Shown here piece after piece: positions 15,201 to 64,000 of a stretch of 64,000 bases of DNA; the first letter of the stretch is position 1; each line of letters begins with the position of its first letter. The translations under genes were made by a program, and so were the position numbers. The notes under the pieces were generated by a model. That model made no database searches. It was not told the origin of the DNA and saw nothing but the letters and a program-made list of their open reading frames with translations. The stretch covers positions 6,138,001 through 6,202,000 of the forward strand of contig CM035352.1 of the NCBI GenBank assembly GCA_020137815.1, read 5' to 3'. The DNA comes from Hormiphora californensis (taxonomy: Eukaryota; Animalia; Ctenophora).

Positions 15201-18200
15201 TTTGGACCAAAAACCAGTTTTTGATTTTGACAAAATTTTCCGATAACATAACTTTTCTCACCGTGGGGATGTTCAGGAAGGCCTCTGGGTCACCCCCAAC
15301 AAAAGTTTGTTTTGCGGTCAACTTGGGTTGACGATCCTTCTGGTGCACCGTGCGTGTGATTCTCATTTCTCTTGAATCTAAAAGTGGCTCATACCCAGAT
15401 CCCTGTTATACATGACAGGGTAAAATGATATTGGCATTGCAACGTGGAGCATAATATTAATATGAATAAAGTATGAACAATTCAAAGCACATATGTGTTC
15501 CACCTACCATACATACCAAGATAAGTGAAACTGAAGGCGTCTGTTTTGACGCTTTCAGAATTGAAGTAGGGCGTAACAGATAAACGATTCTGTTTCAATG
15601 TAAGATCCTGCAGAGTATTGTTGTTTTGTATACTCCGGATGACGTTAGTTCAGTGGAAAGCTCATGAGTTTTGGCGAGGGAGTTGTACATATTTAGGAAC
15701 TCGAATAAATAGTAAATATTATCCAAAAAACATCATCAACGTAACCCCTTGCTAACTGGACTGTGCCCTACATACCCCCCGGGTCCCCCCACCATATATG
15801 GTACCTGAATTATTGAACCATCTGCCTGTAAAGACACTGAGGTGGGCTCTCCTGTGCGTATATATTGATGTAAATGACAACGGTTGTGATCCCCCTGATA
15901 TGGCATACTGGTCTCCATCTGGCTCCATATCTGGAATTGTTGTGAGTTAATGCATCATTAAACTAATATATTGCTAGATCTAGACACCGATATAATACTA
16001 CAGCATTCAAGAACACTAGCTGCATGCTACTTACAGTATACATAGAGAATGGAGGCTTGTGACTGTGTTGTAGTTCCTGTAGTGGAGAGTGTTGCCGGTA
16101 CACCGGTAGAAGGCCCTCATCGGTAGTAACAAGGGATGGTAGTACAGGGTTGAGGTCCGCTGTTCACACCATTCGTCATCTCATCACTATATGTTGCCGT
16201 CCCTGTTTAGTGTACAGTATAGTGTATATAGTGTGTAGTGTATGTAGTGTGTAGTGTATAGTTTATATGTTGCCGTCCCTGCCGTACACGGGAAGTTATC
16301 AGTTTATATTACACGGTTTTATAGGTAGTGGTACACACATCTCACACACCAGAGAGATATATATGGTCGTTTGAAGTTAATAAAACCCAACGAAGGGCTT
16401 ATTAGATTGGGTTTGATATTGCAGGATTACCGTTTGTGACTGTGTGGTGTATTCTGCGCCGGTAAAGAGGATGCTACCTCCCACGATGACATCAGGGGAT
16501 CCGGAGAACACGACAGTGAAGGGATGAAACTACCTCCACTTGTACCAAGGAGGAGTCGAGGAAATATCCGTGGATACAACTGTTATAGGAGGTACATATA
16601 TCAATCATGGATACCACGCGGTAGGAGGACATGATGTTCATTTCATAACGGAAGAAAGTTGCCTTGCTCGGGTTAGAACATCAAGCAAGAATTGTACACA
16701 ATCAACCAATTTGTGTAATTTACTCGATTTCGATCATACAAACTGAATGATAAACTGGATATTGTTATTCGATATATTATCCTTCAACTGTAACATATCC
16801 AAATCAGATTCCACGTATAAATTTCCAGTGTTATTGTACTCTGCAACACATTTATACGACCCATATAATCTGCATCCACCGAATAATTACCAGTACAGAG
16901 TGACATTGGCATCCACTATACGCAGTGTCCACTATATTCGTGTCGTATCTGTTATCGTTAACATACCTAGAACAAGGGGCGTGGTTAACCGTTATAAATA
17001 TGTGACCTTCGCGTGGGATGATCAGAAAAATTAGGAACCTACCAGCGAATATAGTTTATGGCTGAGTAGTCACCACTGGGAGTATCAGGACACACGATGT
17101 GTTAAAGCATCACCTTCCCCCAGATTCATCACCTCAGGATATTCGAGGAATCCAACCTCTATAATAACGTGAGTTGTATTAAGAGTGTTACCATGGCAAC
17201 AAGAGTGTCACCATAGCAACAGAGTGTTACCGTGGCAACAAGAGTGTTACCGTGGCAACAAGAGTGTACCATGGCAACAAGAGTGTTACCATGGCAACAA
17301 GAGTGTTACCATGGCAACCAGAGTGTTACCATGGCAACAAGAGTGTTACCATGGCAACAAGAGTGTTACCATGACACACGAGTGTTAATTATATTATGAC
17401 ATTGCATGTTGATAAAATCATACATATCTGCACGTACCGGTGATGATTACACTCATAGTTTGGTTGAAGTACACCCTGTGCAGTTCTGACTGGAGGCTGA
17501 ACAGGTGTAGTCTGTGTCACTGTATAAACCAGTCACCGTATACACACTCTTTGTCCTGAAATTGAACATTGACCATGTTGTTTACCTAAAGTTTGAACCT
17601 GTCTCATACAGGGTGTTCATATGGGATCTTTACAAGCGTGGGCTTCACCAGAAAAAAGTTGACAAAATTAGCTTATGAAAATTCATACTTGGACTATTCT
17701 ATACCCTCATTCAAGGTTCCGGTGTTTCCGGAGCTCTAATACCCCTGGAAGTGTGTTTTTGGCATCAAAACTACCAGAAGGAATTTTTTGCTGGTGCTGA
17801 AACTTTGCTAGAATGTTTTTTGGGTATTTTCTATGTCAATTCCAAAGTTTCGTGATATTCGACAACAAGAAAATATTTGATGATCATTACTAAACTTTAT
17901 ATATAACAAAGCCTTGATGGTTTTTATTAACACAATATTATCTGATCCTAATGACACATGATCATAAACACCCCTGCATGATCCCTGTATCACGCCCTAT
18001 ATCACACGTACTGGTAAACTCACCATTCAGGGTGGTAGTAGTTTCCGCAGTTCCATGGCACCCGTCCAGGTGAATGTAGCGAGACTGGGAGCGATGCAGG
18101 TTAAAGAGGTGTTGTCACCCGACTGTATGTACACCGAGTCGCTCCAATCCATCATTTCTGAGGCAGGGATCATTATTAATATTTATTATAGTTCTCTCTC

Positions 18201-21200
18201 ATGATCGACTGTTTGGCGGCGCCAAACCGATCTGTCGATCTGATTGTCAATCTTGATACCATTTAACGAATAATTATGTTCGCAACCATAGCAAAAATCA
18301 CGCTATTGTTACCACAGTCCGCAGAAACTCTGCAGGTAACAAGAGAAATAAAAATTGTATGCTTGCTTCATGGATCAACCCTAGTCAGAATATAATATTA
18401 ACACTGATTCTCGGAAGACTCTCGGAATAGACTCTTGACAGCATAGAAAGTTTTAGCTTTTCGAGGAATGATTCCGCGGAGTATTTCTGTCCTTCAATTT
18501 CTATCTTTAATCTTATCTTATTTCGACTTGGAATAGATAAGATTAAAGTTAGAAACTGAAGGACAGAAATATAAAAATTGTATGCTGATATCAACACGTC
18601 GTGACTTACCAAACATGTGTACAGTTATAGTGGTATCAGTGGTGACAGAGCCGTACACCTCACGGAATAGTCTCCTCGTCATCTTCACTCATTGTGTATA
18701 CTGTATAGTAGAACACCTCATCCCCAAACACCAGAGAGTCATCTAAACAATATCATATGTCATTATATATTCGGTCATACATATTATATACCTAAAACTT
18801 TTATTTATCTTATTTTTTGGATTTTTCAGGAGTTTAAGCATTTTTTGGAGCCAATCTACCACTCACAGCCGAAACCACTTAGAACTTTACCAATTCGGAA
18901 ACTACATACCATCGATAGCATCTCCGTCGTGAAAAAAGTGGTCCATCGGTACACCCGGAGCAGTCGATCTTTGCAACATAGAGAGGTAAAAGAAAAAGCA
19001 TCGCCCTTCTTTACCCATAGCTCGGAAGTCTGCACATCTACATTATCCGCTTGTTATTTTACACCTGAACACAAAGGACGTTGTAATCGGTACGAATCAT
19101 GGATATACCGGAGTACCCTGTTTAGAGTAGGTATATCAGAAGTTACTCATTCTTTGGCATGGGTTATCTTTATTATCTTCTTTTTATATAGTACATACAA
19201 TAAGGCTTGTCTCACAAAGACTGCCCTCTTCGTGGTTAGAAGGACCCAACGTGACTATCTATATTATAAGTACAAATGAACGTGTGATGTAGAGGGGTGA
19301 GTGTACTGTATGAAAGGTGGGGTTGAAGGAGGTGAGGGGTCATTGAGGGTATGGAGGGGGATACTGCACGTGCATGTTGTTTGTTGTTTGTTGCGTGTTC
19401 CTGTGGGTTTGTGGTGTTTTGGGATCTACCGTCCATGATTGCCAAAGCCTTTCTACTACGTACCCCGTTGATTCTCTACACAGCTACAATTCTACGGATC
19501 TTTATCGCCTGATTCTACAGTTATTCAGCGGTATTTCCCTTGAGTTTATCACCAGCGCCTCTACCCTACCAACTTCGTATTCTTTACCCCGACATGGAGA
19601 GACGAACAGTAAGAGGGGGGGGGGAGGAGACATAAAGACGTGGGGGGGGGGGGCTGTTGTAGGACTTAACAATGGGCTTCTAGTCCTTATTATAATAAGC
19701 AAATGCGTGGTGGTGGTGAGTATGTCCTATCATCACGTGCAAATAGTGGGGGGTTGCCCTGGGAGGTGGCTTGGGAGGGGTATTGGAGGTTTTGGGGGGA
19801 TACTGCACGGCATGTTGTTGGTTGTTTGTTGTGTGTTAACCTGTGGTGTTTTGGGATCTACTGCCATGATTGCCAAAGCCTTTCTACCTACGTACCCCGT
19901 TGATTCTCTACACACTACAATTCTACGGATCTTTATCACCTGACTGATTCTACATGTTATTCAGAGTAAGAGGGGGGGGGGGGCATAGAGAGGGTGGGGG
20001 GGGGGGCTGTTGCAGGACTTCAATGGGCTTTCTAGTTATATAATAGTCACGTTGCGGTCATAGTACGGGGGGGGGGGGGCATATTTAACAGATATTAAAT
20101 TGCTTCATATAACTTTGTTTAAACTTTGTTAGATCGAGTCTATGAATGATCTTGGAGCTACATTGACGTAGAAGAGATTGCGGTTTCGCATGTTTTCTAC
20201 TTGAAAAAGAATAATGGATTATGCTATAGACAAAAGGCCGTTAAACATGCCTCGTCTGTTAGACTCTGAGTTCTAACTATATTGGTAATATTATATTTAT
20301 ATCATATATTATGCATGTGATAATTCTAAAGAGAAAAGTAAATTACATCACAAAGTTATAAAACCAATCATATTATGGGTTAGTATGCCCCTTACCGAGA
20401 GTGTTGATGTCCTATATACATTCTCAGCTGTAACCGTCAGTATAATTCACGACACATGAGAAATCATTGTTGTACGTTGCTATAGTAACGTCCGAAAAGC
20501 AAAGATAGTAGGCATCGGCATCGCCGTCTTCCGGTACATACCTGTGAGGTGTGAAAACATAATTTGTGTGGATAATTTGTGGCAGACCTGTATAGCTGGA
20601 CAGGGAAACTGTATCGCTTAGACCATCTATATGTATCTAGTTAGGGGAAATCACACCAAATGCACGGAATCCCGCAGAGTAAACTCACACTGTCGCTGGC
20701 TGGAAATCGCGTACAACGCTCTAAGTGTGAAATTTTCTGACACAATTCGGATTTCGGGGTAAAACCTGCTGAGCACGACCGCCACACGGGATTCTTGCAG
20801 AGCATTGACACAAATTACATTGCAACCAGTGTGATTTCCCTCCGCTGGAAATCCGTGCACGAATATGTGATTTCCCCTAATACTCAGTTTTTATTTTTCT
20901 CTTAGTGAATCATATATCCATTCTCCGCAATCATTTATCATATGGAGTATGGACGGACCTCCTTTGAAAAAAGAATCCTTTTAAATAATCATGTTCAAAC
21001 AACCCGAGATTGTTTATAAACAATCTCCACTAATATTCAAATCCATCATGAGCCGCAGTCAATAACCGTTTCATTTGATAAATTCAAATTATCTCGGGAT
21101 TTGTTGAGTAAGGGGGACAACAACTCGGGATATAAGCATATTTAAAACGTTTTAAAAGCCAACAGAAGCTGTACTATCATGTCAGTCCAATCAAAGATAG

Positions 21201-22130
21201 TCATTTTTTTCACTGTGGATATCTGTGTGCGTACTGTCTCTGTCTCTGTCTCTGTCTCTGTCTCTGTCTCTGTCTCTGCTCTGTCTCTGTCTCTGTCTCG
21301 TCTCTGTCTCGTCTCTGTTCTCGTCTCTCTGTCTGTCTCTGTCTCTGTCTCTCTGTCTCTTCTGCTCTCTGTCTCTCTGTCTCTTGTCTCTCTGTCTCTG
21401 TCTCTCTGTCTCTCTGTCTCTGTTCTCTGTCTCTGTCTTCTGTCTCTGTCTCGCTCTCTCTCTCTCTCTCTCTCTGTCTCCACAAAATAAACTCACGTGG
21501 GAGAGACGGTAGCAGTTGTTGACCAATTGTCAAATCACAGGATGTGGTTCCTGTGTGCTTTGATCAAACACAACTAAACGTAACATCCTCGCCCGGTATC
21601 ACGTTCACGTCGTCAACTTCCGCAGACAAGCTGAGGGTGGAAGTGTAGTTAATCAGGGAGATATTATGTTTCTCCAGGTGCACCGTTTTGATGAAAGCAC
21701 ATCAGCTAGATACATAAAGATAAATGGACAATTTTACTCACTTCGGCACGATTTGGTGTAATCGTCGAAGGTGCTTGGATCGCAGGTCTCCGTGTAAGAG
21801 TGTCCCCTCGTAGACGGCTCCATCGGAACACAGATGGGTTATCGAAGCACCGGCTATAACGTTCGTTCCGGCCACCGGCGTTGTTGTAGCGTATCCCAAG
21901 CGTATACCGCGGCACACCTCTGTTTAAAGTTATATGTTTGGTACTGGAACGGCAAACAAATTTAGAGAGTGTGACTTGTGAGGAATGCTGATGACAGCTG
22001 AGGGACGAGGTGGGGGACCCCCTCCCCCCTGGTGGGTGTACTAACCGACGCAGTAATCCTCACTATCAGATCAGTGGATATAGTGGAATTGCCACCCGGT
22101 ACAAACTGGTACCACTCGTGGCTCCTTACG
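8988..22130 (-). CDS. Inverted 5' portion of the same giant Ig gene (GCC2_GCC3 tail, sushi-like domain, about 10 Ig domains); indel-rich sequence
   Basis: Minus-strand exons with AG/GT ends: ~22045-22130 (..[15 protein letters not shown]), ~21742-21918 ([37 protein letters not shown]), ~21497-21631 ([13 protein letters not shown]), 20396-20541, ~18910-19065 ([12 protein letters not shown]), 18610-18700, 18024-18157 ([23 protein letters not shown]), ~17438-17555 (SDTDYTCS), ~17043-17158, ~16035-16200 (TDEG.YRC), ~12570-12789, ~12296-12413, ~9840-9943, 8988-9189. The last ends in phase 0 and joins in phase to exon IDSYLPLTV (2278-2370 on -, 22595-22688 on +). Confidence 0.72.
10246..10679 (-). 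mobile_element. Non-autonomous Helitron-like element
   Basis: On the - strand: a|TCTATATTATAAAG...ACAATGGGCTTTCTAG|t; same family as 19258-20035. Confidence 0.72.
10803..11076. mobile_element. MITE with about 40-bp TIRs
   Basis: actatagtc..ttttttaatcaagggacagggg..ccgcgcatt and its reverse complement. Confidence 0.7.
13761..15352. mobile_element. Near-perfect 1.6-kb palindromic (foldback) element, related to 31618-32957
   Basis: About 800-bp arms with centre near 14565; shares internal sequence (cctatttttgcacg..aatcgattgccg, gggacaattttcgac) with 31618-32957. Confidence 0.82.
17183..17387. repeat. 20-bp minisatellite (gagtgttaccatggcaacaa), about 10 copies
   Basis: Direct reading. Confidence 0.95.
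19258..20035 (+). mobile_element. Two head-to-tail non-autonomous Helitron-like copies (19258-19683, about 19685-20035)
   Basis: The first starts a|TCTATATTATAAG; both end ..AATGGGCTT(T)CTAG|t; shared internal sequence. Confidence 0.72.
20644..20877. mobile_element. MITE, PIF/Harbinger-like
   Basis: tta|GGGGAAATCACA...TGTGATTTCCCC|taa. Confidence 0.6.
21234..21480. repeat. (TCTCTG)n microsatellite; others are (TA)n 12250-12287, (CT)n 33687-33746, (GACA)n 49143-49276, (CT)n 49854-49959, (CT)n 54265-54364
   Basis: Direct reading. Confidence 0.95.
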
Positions 22131-22427
22131 ATTGTCTTCAAGTCAAATTGACTGATCTCACTGGCTCGACTTTTGCACCACTCCGACGTTTGTGAATGAA
22201 TGAGGGTATCGAAGATAGGTTGAACTCTTGTGGTACTGGAAAATACCCGGCATTATAGTGTGAATGTCAAAATACTGATCAACATATCTCTCGAGCCTTT
22301 TTTGCACGACCCCGATACGGTGGATGTTGAGTACCGGGAATGAACCTGTGAGTAGGAAATCCCGGCATTAATTACTGATTGCCCATATGGCATCACATTC
22401 TACCCATAAACCAATCTCCCAATATCT

Positions 22428-22459
<32 letters not shown>

Positions 22460-22594
22460 CAGGATTTTAATTTTATGTTTTTCGGATTCCCCGGCTAAAA
22501 ATACATGGGGTAGTGTCCGTAACTTGTGAGTTATGATTTTCGAGGGTTTACCCCCTTTCAGGAGTTCTATGGGAACCGTTCGATATCTCTGCAG

Positions 22595-61674
<39,080 letters not shown>

Positions 61675-61786
61675 AGATGGAATTGGAAAGAGACCAATGA
61701 TTTAAACCATATTTATATGGTCAAGTGTTTCTACTATAGTAGTAGAAATTCTACTCAGACAGTATTATTATATTTGACTCATGTCA

Positions 61787-61792
61787 AATAAA
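61787..61792 (+). terminator. Candidate polyadenylation signal of the Ig gene
   Basis: AATAAA about 110 nt downstream of the TAA at 61672-61674. Confidence 0.5.
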
Positions 61793-62440
61793 AATAGAAC
61801 AAAGTTTATTAATTAACAAATAGATTTCCATTCATATGATATGTGATTGCACACAATGTTATTTACTGAGTGTTTCCCGTAGCGACCCTTGGAGTTGGAC
61901 TTTATCAGCAAGTTGGTGTGCAACGTAGTATACGTTCGCGTTTTATTAATATTAATAAAATAAGGATCAGCACACACCTACGCCAAATTAAAAATTAAAA
62001 TTTTGATTTTGGAGCCAGACACACCATGCGCTGTTAAAATTCTCACCCCCTGTATGGCGGGGCCATACCCCGATTCCCCCCCCCCCTTTCTCACAGTAAC
62101 AATCTCGCGCGCCATTTTTACGGCCGTCAAAATGGTGCGCGAGATTACTACTGTGAGAATGGGGGGGGGGGGGGAGAGAATTTTAACAGCGCTGGTGTGT
62201 CTGGCTCCAAAATCAAAATTTTAATTTTGGTGTAGGTGTGCCGTGTGTGCTGACCCTAATCATTATATTATGTAAATGTAGTTGTAAATGTAAGTTAAAA
62301 ACATTTTAGTTTTTCCAGCTTTTCATATACATTGTTTAACTTTTGCCACCATTTGGGGACTATTGGATAATATTTAACCGATTATTTATTGTGGGCAACA
62401 TTTTTGCTTGCCAGTGATATGATGCAATGATGCATCATGA

Positions 62441-62750
62441 TCTGTATGGCGGCGCCATACCCCATTTGATTCTCAAATCTGACAGTGCGCTCAGATGGGT
62501 CGCGGCGCCAGACAGATCATGATGTAGTAGGAACATGGGTTGGAAACACACTGAAGTTGGTACTGGTAGCGCGCATTCAACTCTCAACCGCGTGCCGGCG
62601 GCGCCGCCGACCCCATCTGAGCGCACTGAGAATCGAATGGGGTATGGCGCCGCCATACAGACCGCGTGAAACACACTTCGCGGTTCGAACTTAACCGCGA
62701 AACTTCAGTGTGTTTCACGCGGTTGAGAGTTGAACGCGTGCGACCAACTT
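62441..62750. mobile_element. Palindromic MITE-like repeat (related about 54548-54680)
   Basis: ctgtatggcggcgccatacccc..cagtgcgctcagatggg and its reverse complement. Confidence 0.6.
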
Positions 62751-63261
62751 CAGTGTCTCCACTCTCCAGTCTCTACCCACTATAATAGTCGGAATCATGG
62801 AAAAATACGACCGTGTACAGACTGGGCTGAACAAATTATTTGGTCTGTATGGCGTCGTTTTGTCCGGTATATACGACTCCATACAGATTCGGTATGGTAT
62901 CGTTCTGTATAGTGCCGGTCTGTATGTAGTAGGGGCCGGGGGGGGGGGGGGGGGGGGGGTATTTCTTCGCAGACTCTCTTGGCCGTGGCGTGAGAACAAT
63001 TCTAGCCACTATACATACTTATAATCACTGACACTCACTAGTGAGACTGAGTGTAAGTGATTTATTGGAAAAGGTAAAAAACTCTGATATACCAAGGACA
63101 GTAAATGAAAATCTGACATACATAACATGTGACTCGATTCCTCATTCACATTCCGTTCCGGAAACTGATGTCCATATACTTCATTCACAGATCAAATAAA
63201 TTATCATTACAACTATAAACCCTTTCCTTCAAAAGATGTATCATGCAAGTAGAGGTGTTGT

Positions 63262-63395
63262 TTATAATTGTCCCTGCTTGACAGTTCGGATAGTTTCTGA
63301 GACAGACTTGACAGCTTCATCAATCTTCTCAGGGGGTAGGACGCTGAAAGAAAGCCTAATACAGGGCGAATCTCCTTCCAACTGGAACGCAGCAC
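63262..63395 (-). CDS. Last coding exon of a class I/II PLP aminotransferase, kynurenine/alpha-aminoadipate aminotransferase-like (AADAT-like)
   Basis: ttttcag acceptor, then GAAFQLEGDSPCIRLSFSVLPPEKIDEAVKSVSETIRTVKQGQL*, matching the PGxxF..xRxSFSxxxxExIDxA C-terminus of AADAT/LysN-type enzymes; upstream exons lie outside or are not identified. Confidence 0.65.
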
Positions 63396-63775
63396 CTGAA
63401 AAATTAATGTTTTTATAAATACAGAAATCCTTTCTGGGTCTGTCTTTGTGTTTTATCATTTCAGTCCCTCCTACCCAGCCTTGGCCCAACATCAATTGAC
63501 CCATGGTATTTTGAAAATGGCCGTAGTCACCATTGTCTCTAGTTACTAATACTACATAACACTACATTGCACGTCTGACGTCTACAGTTATATGGCCGGA
63601 TTCGACGATGCTTCCGGCAACCCAACTATCTATGTAAACTTTTCCACGAACCCAGTTCGTGGAAAAGTTTACATAGATAGTTGGGTTGCCGGAAGCATCG
63701 TGTGCCTTGGCCTTGCTATATAGCAGCTACGAGTAGTAAAGCAATAGGAGTAAGACAAATATTTACACAGTATGC

Positions 63776-63887
63776 TACACTGTAACTGACACTGTAACTG
63801 ACACTGTAACTGACACTGTAACTGACACTGTAACTGACACTGTAACTGACACTGTAACTGACACTGTAACTGACACTGTAACTGACA
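63776..63887. repeat. 12-bp tandem repeat (acactgtaactg), about 9 copies
   Basis: Direct reading. Confidence 0.92.
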
Positions 63888-64000
63888 ATAGTTTAAATAA
63901 GTTCAAATAAGTAGCTAGACATACAGATCAGATACACAGTGAGAAGTATGCAGTGCATGACAACTTGGCGTGTGGGCTGGAACCTGTCTTGCACTCAGAC

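Noticed and set aside
18692-19943. 195-aa and 189-aa ORFs
   Set aside because: Antisense to Ig exons or within Helitron-like repeats; no protein-like features.
21142-21533. ER/RD-rich and SL-rich ORFs
   Set aside because: Microsatellite translations.
8988-22130. Independent Ig pseudogene on the minus strand
   Set aside because: Frameshifts match the indel noise seen in neighbouring non-coding duplicates, splice sites are intact and the phase joins the + strand gene; not fully excluded.

Overview
Eukaryotic, intron-rich animal DNA, probably the ctenophore Pleurobrachia: a 109-bp MITE whose translation QEPTETSKQPIRTRYLGHVTGYQPIRDQYFLIRSVP I recall from P. bachei gene models occurs 6 times (recognition from memory, not a search). 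One giant gene fills almost the whole window. It encodes a type I membrane protein. On the + strand (22595-61674, about 60 exons traced by hand via GT-AG sites and phase) it has about 37 Ig-like domains, 3 sushi/CCP-like domains, a possible SEA-like region, an RKRR furin site, a GCC2/GCC3 (ephrin-receptor-like) Cys-rich domain, a TM helix and a short tail. More 5' exons of apparently the same gene lie inverted on the - strand (about 22130 down to 8988). The segment 60-2560 is an inverted, error-rich copy of 22400-24950, most likely an assembly inversion. Notable features: (1) a 5.5-kb array of 10 near-identical phase-1 Ig exons (A-B-A'-B' higher-order repeat, one copy frameshifted); (2) at least six unrelated minisatellites built from splice-junction or splice-signal sequence; (3) three intronic minisatellites made of RFX X-box-like palindromes; (4) many foldback, MITE, hAT and Helitron-type non-autonomous elements. 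The last exon of an AADAT-like aminotransferase gene lies on the - strand at the right end. Most entries in the ORF track are repeat artefacts.
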